Positions 56,726-64,000 of a stretch of DNA of 64,000 nucleotides are shown here, one piece after another. The position numbers and the translations under genes are program-made. A model generated the notes under the pieces. That model was not told the origin of the DNA and searched no databases. It saw only the letters and a list, made by a program, of their open reading frames with translations. Source of the DNA: Betaproteobacteria bacterium. Its GTDB lineage: Bacteria; Pseudomonadota; Gammaproteobacteria; Burkholderiales; Casimicrobiaceae. Each line of letters opens with the position of its first letter. Position 1 is the first letter of the stretch. The stretch is from assembly GCA_016716425.1 (NCBI GenBank), contig JADJWJ010000007.1, forward strand, positions 93,888 to 157,887. The letters are read 5' to 3'.

Positions 56726-58028
56726 GTCCCTGCCGCGTCGCAATGCCGAGTGGCTGGCGCGCAGCCTCGCCGCCGTCTGGCACCCGTGCACGCAGATGAA
56801 GCAGCACGAGACGCTGCCGCTGGTGCCGATCGCGCGCGGCGACGGCGCATGGCTCGTCGACTTCGACGGCAACCGCTACCTCGACGCGGTCGGCTCGTGG
56901 TGGGTCAACCTGTTCGGACACGCCAACCCGCGGATCAACGCCGCGCTGCGCGCGCAGCTCGACACGCTCGACCACGTGATGCTCGCGGGCTTCACGCACG
57001 CGCCGGTGGTGGAACTCTCGGAGCGACTCGCCGCACTCGCGCCACCGGGCCTGGGCCACGCGTTCTACGGCTCCGACGGCGCGTCGGCGACCGAGATCGC
57101 GCTCAAGATGAGCTACCACTACTGGCGCAACCGCGGCTTCCCCGACAAGCGCGGTTACGTGAGCCTCGCCGGCAGCTATCACGGCGAGACGCTCGGTGCG
57201 CTCGCGGTGACCGACATCGCGCTGTTCCGCGACACCTACGCGCCGTTGCTCAACCGCAACGCGGTCGTGCCTTGCCCCGACGCGCGGACCGGCACCACGG
57301 TCGACGCGGCGGCAGCCGCGCTGGACGCGCACCTCGCGCGCCACCACGCGACGACGGCGGCGCTGATCGTCGAACCGCTGGTGCAGGGCGCCTCCGGCAT
57401 GACGATGTACGACGCCGCGTACCTCGCGCGGGCGCGCGCGATCGCCACCCGCCACGGCGTCCACGTGATCGCCGACGAGATCATGACCGGCTTCGGGCGC
57501 ACCGGCACGCTCTTCGCGTGGGAGCAGGCGGCGGCACCCGCGCCCGACTTCCTGTGCCTGTCGAAGGGCATCACCGGCGGCACCCTGCCGCTGTCGTGCG
57601 TACTGGCGACCGACGACGTCTATGCCGCGTTCTACGCCGACGACGTCGCCCGCGGCTTCCTCCACTCGCACTCGTACACCGGCAACCCGCTGGCGTGCCG
57701 CGCGGCGCTCGCCGTGCTCGACATCTTCCGCGACGACGACGTGATCGCCGGGAACCGCGCCCGCGCGCGACGCTGGGCCGAACTGCTGGCGCCACTCGCC
57801 GCGCGGCCCAACGTGCGCGATTTCCGGCAGTGCGGCATGATCTTCGCTTGGGAAGTCGACACGCAGCGGCCGGACTTCGCCCGCTGGTGCTTCGCCGAAG
57901 CGCTGGCGGCCGGGCTGCTGCTGCGCCCGATCGGCCGCACGGTCTATTTGATGCCGCCCTACATCCTTACCGACGACGAAATGGCCCTGCTCGCGACGCG
58001 GACGCAGGCGATCGTCGACCGGGCATGA
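56676..58028 (+). CDS. bioA: Adenosylmethionine-8-amino-7-oxononanoate aminotransferase
   Basis: WHPCTQMK, SWWVNLFGH and DEIMTGFGRTG motifs. Start is GTG 56676 or TTG 56712, and either one overlaps the end of the previous gene. Confidence 0.9.
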   Translation: MRAAAPPASTSTLAASESLPRRNAEWLARSLAAVWHPCTQMKQHETLPLVPIARGDGAWLVDFDGNRYLDAVGSWWVNLFGHANPRINAALRAQLDTLDHVMLAGFTHAPVVELSERLAALAPPGLGHAFYGSDGASATEIALKMSYHYWRNRGFPDKRGYVSLAGSYHGETLGALAVTDIALFRDTYAPLLNRNAVVPCPDARTGTTVDAAAAALDAHLARHHATTAALIVEPLVQGASGMTMYDAAYLARARAIATRHGVHVIADEIMTGFGRTGTLFAWEQAAAPAPDFLCLSKGITGGTLPLSCVLATDDVYAAFYADDVARGFLHSHSYTGNPLACRAALAVLDIFRDDDVIAGNRARARRWAELLAPLAARPNVRDFRQCGMIFAWEVDTQRPDFARWCFAEALAAGLLLRPIGRTVYLMPPYILTDDEMALLATRTQAIVDRA

Positions 58029-58096
58029 GCGCGAAGGGCCACACCCCGAGGGCCGAGGTGTCCAATGAGCCGGAGCGCGCCGGTCGAAGGTACTCG

Positions 58097-59554
58097 ATGA
58101 AGCGCGCGCTCCGTACGGCGGCCACCGCTCTGGCGACGCTGGCCGCCCTCGCCGCGACGCCCGCGTGGGCCACGCTGCCCCGCGGCGTCGCGCGCGCCTT
58201 TCTCGACGCCGGCGTGCCGCTCGCGAACGTCGCCGTCGTCGTGCGCGAGGTCGGGCACCCGCAGCCGATCTTCGCCCACGACGCCGACCGCCCGCTGAAT
58301 CCGGCATCCGTGATGAAGCTCGTCACCACCTTCGCGGCGCTCGACCTGCTCGGCCCCGGCTACCGGTGGAAGACCGAGGCCTACCTCGGGGGCCGACTCA
58401 ACGGCAACGGCACGCTCGCCGGCAACCTGATCCTCAAGGGCTACGGCGACCCGAAGGTCACGATCGAGCAGTGGCAGGCGTTCATGGCCGACCTGCGCGC
58501 GCGCGGTTTGCAGCGCGTGACCGGCGACCTCGTCCTCGACCGGACGCACTTCAAGCTGCCCGACCACGATCCGGCCGCGTTCGACCAGGAGCCGCTCAAG
58601 CCCTACAACGTCGGTCCGGACGCGCTGCTCGTCAACTTCAAGGCTGTCCGTTTCGCCTTCGCGCCCGACGCCGCGCGCCGCGCGGTGGCCGTGCGCGTGG
58701 ATCCGCCGCTGCCCGACGTGACGCTGGACGCGCTGCCGCAGCTGTCGAACGGCGACTGCGGCGACTGGCGTTCGTCGCTCGGCGCCACGTGGGCCGACCA
58801 GGGCGGTTCGGCGGCGGCCGCGTTCGCCGGCCGCTATCCGCAGTCGTGCGGCGAGCGCGACTGGTACGTCGCGCTCCTCGACCACCCGCACTACGTGCAC
58901 GGGATGTTCGCCGCGTACTTCCGCGCCGCGGGCGGCCAGTTCGACGGCGGCGTGCAGGACGGCCGCGCCCCGCGCAACGCCGCGCCGTTCGCCGTCATGG
59001 AATCGGCGCCGCTGTACGACATCGTGCGCGACGTCAACAAGCTCTCCAACAACGTGATGGCGCGGCAGATGTTCCTGACGCTCGCCACGACCCGCCATCC
59101 GCCGCCCGCCACACCCGCGCTCGCGGCGAGCGTCGTCGGGCAGTGGCTGAAGGAGCGCAAGTTGCCGATACCGGGCCTCGTGCTCGAGAACGGTTCGGGG
59201 CTGTCGCGGAAGGAACGGGCGACCGCCGGCGGCATCGCGCGCCTGCTCGCGGCTGCCGACGCGAGCCCGTTGCGCGAGGAGTTTGCGAGCTCGCTCGCGG
59301 TCGCCGCGCTGGACGGCACCGTGCAGAAGCGCTTCCGCGACGGAAACGTCGCCGGACAGGCGCTGCTCAAGACCGGATCGCTCGAGGGCGTGCGCGCGCT
59401 GGCTGGCTACGTGATCGACGCGTCCGGTCGGCGGTTCATCGTCGTCGCGATCGTCAACCACGCGAACGCCGCGCGCACGACGCCTGCGCTCGACTACCTG
59501 GTCCAGTGGGTCTACCAGGAGGCGGCGCACTGGGACTCGCCGCTGCACCGGTGA
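58097..59554 (+). CDS. dacB: D-alanyl-D-alanine carboxypeptidase/endopeptidase (PBP4)
   Basis: A signal peptide, then SVMK (SxxK), SNN (SxN) and KTG motifs. Confidence 0.9.
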   Translation: MKRALRTAATALATLAALAATPAWATLPRGVARAFLDAGVPLANVAVVVREVGHPQPIFAHDADRPLNPASVMKLVTTFAALDLLGPGYRWKTEAYLGGRLNGNGTLAGNLILKGYGDPKVTIEQWQAFMADLRARGLQRVTGDLVLDRTHFKLPDHDPAAFDQEPLKPYNVGPDALLVNFKAVRFAFAPDAARRAVAVRVDPPLPDVTLDALPQLSNGDCGDWRSSLGATWADQGGSAAAAFAGRYPQSCGERDWYVALLDHPHYVHGMFAAYFRAAGGQFDGGVQDGRAPRNAAPFAVMESAPLYDIVRDVNKLSNNVMARQMFLTLATTRHPPPATPALAASVVGQWLKERKLPIPGLVLENGSGLSRKERATAGGIARLLAAADASPLREEFASSLAVAALDGTVQKRFRDGNVAGQALLKTGSLEGVRALAGYVIDASGRRFIVVAIVNHANAARTTPALDYLVQWVYQEAAHWDSPLHR

Positions 59555-59586
59555 GCACGCGTCCGGACATCGGCGCCGTCGCGGCG

Positions 59587-59952
59587 ATGAGCGGTTGGGA
59601 CGCGCTCGTCGAGGCGAAGATCGCCGAAGCGCAGCGCGCCGGCGCGTTCGACGACCTGCCGGGCGCCGGCCGTCCGCTCGAACTCGACGACGACCGGCTG
59701 GTGCCGGAGGACGTCCGGATGGCGCATCGGATCCTGCGCAACGCGGGCTTCGTGCCGCCCGAGATCGAGGCCCGCAGGGAAGCCGCCGACCTGCGCCAGC
59801 TGATCGCCGCTACGACCGAGGACCCGGAGAAGCGGCGCGCGCTCGCCAGGCTCGCGCTGTTGGAAGCGCGGCTCGACGCCCGCGGGGCGGCCGCCCCGCG
59901 GACGTCGGGCTACTACGCGGCACTGCTGGCGCGGTTCGACCGCGCCGGGTAG
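59587..59952 (+). CDS. DUF1992 (DnaJC28-like) domain protein
   Basis: WDALVEAKIAEAQRAGAFDDLPGAGRPL motif. An alternative GTG at 59551 overlaps the dacB stop. Confidence 0.75.
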   Translation: MSGWDALVEAKIAEAQRAGAFDDLPGAGRPLELDDDRLVPEDVRMAHRILRNAGFVPPEIEARREAADLRQLIAATTEDPEKRRALARLALLEARLDARGAAAPRTSGYYAALLARFDRAG

Positions 59953-60387
59953 TCAGACGCCGGGAATCGCCTTGCTGTCCTTGAACAGCAGGTAACCGCG
60001 CACGAGCCGGTAGATCACCCAGACGTCGGTCGCCAGCCAGAGCGCGATCGCGAACGGGATGCCGATCAGAGTCACGAACAGGATGATGCCGACCACCGCC
60101 CACAGCAGCGACCACCAGAAGGTGCGGATCAGCCACGTGAGGTGCGACGCGACCCAGGTGCCGGCCGCGTCGTCGCGCTTCACGTAGCAGACGATGATGG
60201 CGACGATGCCCAGCACGCCGACCAGGGGTCCCATCACCGGCAGGCCATGCGACGCGATCGCGACGATCGCGGCGATGGCGAACAGCGCGTAGGCGATCAC
60301 GCCTGCGGTGACCGGGACGTTGCTGCTGCCGGAAGCGGACTGCGGAGCGGGGAATTCGGCCACGGCCTTGCCCTCGGGACGATGCAC
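59953..60387 (-). CDS. Small integral membrane protein (COG3671/DUF4870-like)
   Basis: 3-4 TM helices and a HLTWLIRTFWW...IYRLVRG pattern. The start is uncertain. Confidence 0.6.
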   Translation of the reverse strand: MHRPEGKAVAEFPAPQSASGSSNVPVTAGVIAYALFAIAAIVAIASHGLPVMGPLVGVLGIVAIIVCYVKRDDAAGTWVASHLTWLIRTFWWSLLWAVVGIILFVTLIGIPFAIALWLATDVWVIYRLVRGYLLFKDSKAIPGV

Positions 60388-60560
60388 GCCGCACGTCGGC
60401 GCCCGTGACGGAAACGATGGGGCCGGCCGGTTTCCGCGTCAATAGCGGCGGCGACGAACGGCGCCACGGGGCGACCGCACCGCCCGCGGGGGCGACGGGA
60501 CGCTGCCGCGGCCGGCCGGACCACGCCGGAACTCCTACCCGCACGGACGGCGGCGCTGGC

Positions 60561-60566
60561 TATAAT
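60561..60566 (+). promoter_or_regulatory. Candidate -10 box (TATAAT) for the yqjD/E/K-like operon
   Basis: A perfect TATAAT lies 58 nt upstream of the ATG at 60624. Confidence 0.35.
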
Positions 60567-60623
60567 ACAAGCTCGCGGTGCCGGCCATGCACCGTGCTGT
60601 TCATCCACCAGGGACCGACTGCC

Positions 60624-60929
60624 ATGAGTACCGATAGCGCACGCGACAAGCTCGTCGACGAATTCTCGTCCGTACTGTCCGAAGCCGAAACGCTGCTCGA
60701 CAAGGCCGCCAAGGAAACCGGCGACAAGGCGAAGGACCTTCGCTCGCAGGTGGAGGCCCGGCTGCTGTCTGCGAAGCTCAAGCTGCAGGAACTCGAGGGT
60801 GAAGCGGTCGACCGCGCCAAGGCGGCGGCCCGCGCCACCGACGATTACGTGCACGACCATCCGTGGCAGGCGATCGGCCTCGCGGCGGGCCTGGGCTTCG
60901 CGCTCGGGCTGCTGATGAACCGCCGTTGA
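60624..60929 (+). CDS. DUF883 (ElaB/YqjD/YgaM) family membrane-anchored protein
   Basis: A helical N-part, then YVHDHPWQAIGLAAGLGFALGLLMNRR, the typical C-terminal anchor. Confidence 0.9.
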   Translation: MSTDSARDKLVDEFSSVLSEAETLLDKAAKETGDKAKDLRSQVEARLLSAKLKLQELEGEAVDRAKAAARATDDYVHDHPWQAIGLAAGLGFALGLLMNRR

Positions 60930-60957
60930 GCCCGCGGCCTCCGCGGCGGCACGCGCG

Positions 60958-61371
60958 ATGAGCGACGCCCCGGAACGCGACGCGGCGGGCAGCACGCTGC
61001 GCGGCGCGCTCGCGCGACTCGCGGACGCGTTGCTCGGCCTCGCACGCACCCGGCTCGAGCTCGCGACGGTCGAGTACACCGAGGAACGACGACGCGTCGC
61101 CACGCAGCTCGCGCTGCTGCTCGCGGGAATCGGCTGCGTGCTGTTCGCGCTGCTGTTCGCGGCGGCCGCGGTGGTCATCGTGTTCTGGGACAGCTACCGG
61201 ATGGCGGCGGTCGTCGGTGTCGTCATCTTTTTCGCGGCCGCGGGCGCCGTTCTGCTCTGGCGGCGCGCGGAGATCGCGCACACGTCGCCCACGCCGTTCG
61301 GGGCCACGGTCGCGGAGCTCGAGAAGGACCGCGCCGCGCTCGCGCGCACGCTCCAGTCGCCGCCGTCGTAA
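60958..61371 (+). CDS. YqjE-like membrane protein (phage-holin-3_6/DUF1469 family label)
   Basis: ARTRLELATVEYTEERRR motif and 2 TM helices. It follows the DUF883 gene as in E. coli yqjDEK. Confidence 0.8.
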   Translation: MSDAPERDAAGSTLRGALARLADALLGLARTRLELATVEYTEERRRVATQLALLLAGIGCVLFALLFAAAAVVIVFWDSYRMAAVVGVVIFFAAAGAVLLWRRAEIAHTSPTPFGATVAELEKDRAALARTLQSPPS

Positions 61372-61726
61372 GATGAAACAGCCCCCACGCTCGCTGCCCC
61401 CCGAGCCGCCCTCGCGCGCGGGGCGAAGCCCAGGCTCGCAGAGCGCGTCCGCGCGCGAGGGCGACGGCCGACACGCGGACTTTCGCATATCGTGCCTGTC
61501 CAACGAGGCCGTGGCAGGTCAGTCCCTCGGACGGCAGGTCAGTCCCTCGGGGCGGCCCTTCGGGACGGAACACCGCCCCCACGCTCGCTGCGCTCGCTGC
61601 CCCCCGGGGGGGCAGGTCAGTCCCTCGGGGCGGCCCTTCGGGACGGAACACCGCCCCCACGCTCGCTGCGCTCGCTGCCCCCCGGGGGGGCAGGTCAGTC
61701 CCTCGGGGCGGCCCTTCGGGACTGAC
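61372..61726. repeat. REP family 2 expansion, including a 78-bp unit repeated about 2.5 times (unit starts 61533, 61611, 61689) and a 13-bp inverted repeat CCCTCGCGCGCGG/CCGCGCGCGAGGG (61408-61460)
   Basis: Read directly from the sequence. It fills the whole 355-bp gap between the yqjE-like and yqjK-like genes. Confidence 0.9.
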
Positions 61727-61999
61727 ATGCACACCGACGACCTCGCCGAGCGCAAGGCGCGCCTCATCGCGCAGTCGGACCTGCAGCGGATGCAGGCGCT
61801 GCTCGCGTGGCACACGGCGCGCCGGATCGTCGCGCCGCCGGGCGCCGGCGAGCGCAGTTCGACATCGCGTTCGATCGCGGCAACGCTGATCGGCATCGCC
61901 CTTCCGCTCGCCGGCGCCGGCCGCCTGCGCGGCGTACTGCGGACGCTGTCGGTCGCCGCGACGGTACTGCGGATCTGGCGGGCCTGGCGGGTGCGGTAG
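61727..61999 (+). CDS. YqjK-like protein
   Basis: MHTDDLAERKARLIAQSDLQRMQALL parallels E. coli YqjK (ERRKAQLLSQIQQQRLDL), with a C-terminal TM helix and a basic tail. The ORF-track start at 61217 runs through the repeats. Confidence 0.7.
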   Translation: MHTDDLAERKARLIAQSDLQRMQALLAWHTARRIVAPPGAGERSSTSRSIAATLIGIALPLAGAGRLRGVLRTLSVAATVLRIWRAWRVR

Positions 62000-62048
62000 G
62001 GGTCTGACCCTCAACATGCACTGGAGTGCATGTTGAGGGTCAGACCCC
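61999..62048. terminator. Perfect 23-bp-stem palindrome GGGGTCTGACCCTCAACATGCAC-TGGA-GTGCATGTTGAGGGTCAGACCCC between convergent genes
   Basis: Its left end overlaps the last base of the yqjK-like stop, and its right arm contains the ubiD stop codon (62040-62042). It shares the GGTCTGACCC core with 27997-28052. Confidence 0.6.
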
Positions 62049-63563
62049 CAGACCGAGTTCGCGGTACAGCGCGTCGACGCGCGCCTTAACCGCCGCATCC
62101 ATCGCGATCGGACGTCCCCATTCGCGGTTCGATTCGCCCGGCCACTTGTTGGTCGCGTCGATGCCCATCTTGCTGCCGAGCCCGGCGACCGGCGACGCGA
62201 AGTCGAGGTAGTCGATGGGGGTGGACGGCACGATCAGCGTGTCGCGCGCCGGGTCGACGCGCGTCGTCAGCGCCCACACGACCTCCTTCCAGTCGCGGAT
62301 GTCGACGTCGTCGTCGGTGACGATGATGAACTTCGTGTACATGAACTGGCGCAGGAAGCTCCAGATGCCGAACATCACGCGCTTCGCGTGCCCCGGATAC
62401 TGCTTGCGCATCGAGACGACCGCCAGCCGGTACGAGCAGCCCTCGGGCGGCAGGTAGAAGTCGACGATCTCGGGGAACTGCCGCGTCAGCAACGGCACGA
62501 ACACCTCGTTCAGCGCGACGCCGAGCATCGCCGGCTCGTCGGGCGGCTTGCCCGTGTACGTCGAGTGGTAGATCGGATCGCGCCGCAGCGTGATGCGCTC
62601 GACGGTCAGCACCGGGAAGCGCTCGACCTCGTTGTAGTAGCCGGTGTGGTCGCCGAAGGGCCCCTCGGCCGCGGTCTCGTAGCCGGTCGGGTCCGCGGGA
62701 TCGGGCCGCAGGAAGCCTTCGAGCACGATCTCGGCCGTCGCCGGCACCCAGAGGTCGTGCGTCCGACAACGGACGATCTCGGTGCGGCCGCCGCGCAGGA
62801 GCCCTGCGAACTGGTACTCGGACAGCGAATCCGGCACCGGCGTCACGGCGCCGAGGATCGTCGCCGGGTCGGCGCCGAGCGCGACGGCGACCGGAAATGG
62901 CGTGCCCGGGTGCGCCTGCGCGTGGTCCCGGAAGTCGAGCGCGCCGCCGCGGTGGGCGAGCCAGCGCATGATCACCTTGTCGCGCGCAATCACCTGCTGC
63001 CGGTAAATGCCGAGGTTCTGCCGCTTCTTGCGCGGGCCGCGGGTGACGGTCAGCCCCCACGTAATGAGCGGCCCCGCGTCGCCCGGCCAGCACGTCTGCA
63101 CCGGCAGCCGCGCGAGGTCGACGTCGGCGCCTTCCCAGACGACCTCCTGGCACGGCCCGCTCGCACGCTCCTTCGGCGCCATGTCGAGCACCTTCATGAA
63201 CACCGGCCGCGTGTTCTGCCACGCGTCCTTCAGGCTCTTCGGCGGCTCGGGCTCCTTGAGATACGCGAGCAGGCGGCCGATCTCGCGCAGCGCCCCGCGC
63301 CAGTCGGCGTCCTCGACGCCCATCGCGCGCGCGATCCGCTGCGGCGTGCCGAACAGGTTGCCCAGCACCGGGATCGGCGCGCCGGAAGGCCCGCGCCGGT
63401 CGCCGACCGGGTGCTCGAACAGCAGCGCGGGACCGCCGGCCTTGAGCACGCGGTCGCACAACTCGGTCATCTCGAGCTTCGGGTCGACCGGCGCCGCCAC
63501 GCGCTTCAGCTCGCCGCGCGCCTCGAGCTGCGCCAGGAAGTCGCGGAGGTCGCGGTAACCCAT
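62040..63563 (-). CDS. ubiD: UbiD-family decarboxylase (4-hydroxy-3-polyprenylbenzoate decarboxylase)
   Basis: 507 aa. [23 protein letters not shown]-terminus, UbiD-like throughout. Confidence 0.9.
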   Translation of the reverse strand: MGYRDLRDFLAQLEARGELKRVAAPVDPKLEMTELCDRVLKAGGPALLFEHPVGDRRGPSGAPIPVLGNLFGTPQRIARAMGVEDADWRGALREIGRLLAYLKEPEPPKSLKDAWQNTRPVFMKVLDMAPKERASGPCQEVVWEGADVDLARLPVQTCWPGDAGPLITWGLTVTRGPRKKRQNLGIYRQQVIARDKVIMRWLAHRGGALDFRDHAQAHPGTPFPVAVALGADPATILGAVTPVPDSLSEYQFAGLLRGGRTEIVRCRTHDLWVPATAEIVLEGFLRPDPADPTGYETAAEGPFGDHTGYYNEVERFPVLTVERITLRRDPIYHSTYTGKPPDEPAMLGVALNEVFVPLLTRQFPEIVDFYLPPEGCSYRLAVVSMRKQYPGHAKRVMFGIWSFLRQFMYTKFIIVTDDDVDIRDWKEVVWALTTRVDPARDTLIVPSTPIDYLDFASPVAGLGSKMGIDATNKWPGESNREWGRPIAMDAAVKARVDALYRELGLGV

Positions 63564-63594
63564 GGCCTATTGTAGCGAAGGCTAGAATGCCGGG

Positions 63595-64000
63595 ATGGCG
63601 ACGAGGACCGGTGCCGGCGACGGTGCACGCTTCCTGCGCGCGCGGCGCGTGGTCTTCGGCATCGTGCTCGCGAGCTTCGTGCTGTCGTTCTTCCACCGGA
63701 CCGCGCCCGCCGCGATCGCGGCCGAGCTGACGCGCGCGTTCACCATCAACGCAGCCACGCTCGGCACGCTGGCCGCCACCTACTTCTACGTCTACACGCT
63801 GCTGCAGATCCCGGTCGGCGTCCTCGCCGACACGCTGGGACCGCGGCGGATCCTCGCCGCCGGATCGCTGGTCGCCGGCGCGGGGTCGTTCGCGTTCGCG
63901 CTGGCACCGACGTGGGAGATCGCCGCCGCGGGCCGCACGCTGGTCGGCATCGGCGTGGCGGTTGCGTTCATCGCGATCCTCAAGGTCAGCGCCGTCTGGT
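63595..64000 (+). CDS. MFS transporter, N-terminal fragment (runs off the window)
   Basis: My translation is MATRTGAGDGARFLRARRVVFGIVLASFVLSFFHRTAPAAIAAEL...VGVLADTLGPRRIL. It shows TM1-TM4 and the D-x-x-G-x-R motif. It is not in the ORF track because there is no stop in the window. Confidence 0.75.
   Translation, partial: MATRTGAGDGARFLRARRVVFGIVLASFVLSFFHRTAPAAIAAELTRAFTINAATLGTLAATYFYVYTLLQIPVGVLADTLGPRRILAAGSLVAGAGSFAFALAPTWEIAAAGRTLVGIGVAVAFIAILKVSAVW

Noticed and set aside
60958-61371. Prophage remnant, suggested by the phage-holin family label of the YqjE-like protein
   Set aside because: The gene sits in the conserved chromosomal yqjD-yqjE-yqjK arrangement. No phage structural, integrase or lysis genes are nearby.
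61217-61999. 260-aa ORF as an extended YqjK-like protein
   Set aside because: Residues 1-170 are translated REP elements (repeated GQVSPSGRPFGTEHRPHARCARCPPG). The YqjK-like sequence begins at the ATG at 61727.

Overview
Very GC-rich (by eye about 70%) chromosomal segment with betaproteobacterial (Burkholderiales-like) gene order. No rRNA, tRNA, CRISPR, transposase or prophage genes were recognised. Conserved housekeeping genes sit at both ends: leuS-lptE-holA, rsmE, metY, a Pat-like acetyltransferase, bioA, dacB, ubiD and yqjD/E/K-like genes. The centre (about 27-50 kb) is a large acid-sugar catabolic supercluster. It holds two TRAP transporters, three enolase-superfamily genes, UxaA/GarD and IlvD/Edd dehydratases, two FAH-family enzymes, an aldehyde dehydrogenase, SDR and Zn-dependent dehydrogenases, and two divergent GntR regulators. 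The long GC-driven shadow ORFs in the track are mostly artefacts. Real genes were chosen by motifs, start context and GC3. Three features stand out. (1) Nearly every intergenic gap in the catabolic operons is filled by one of at least four REP/MITE-like palindromic repeat families. These include a 3 x 132 bp tandem array, a 78 bp tandem array and a 91 bp (GGGTGT)n microsatellite that ends 4 nt from a start codon. (2) At least six reading frames are broken by 1-nt indels, several of them in short homopolymer or CG runs. This means either pseudogenes or assembly error. (3) There are several unusual gene pairings: rsmE-metallophosphoesterase-ABC-PLD, a DUF2189/secreted-protein pair, and three unrelated dehydratase superfamilies plus an AllA-like cupin in one operon. 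All functional calls come from reading the translations. No database search was run.
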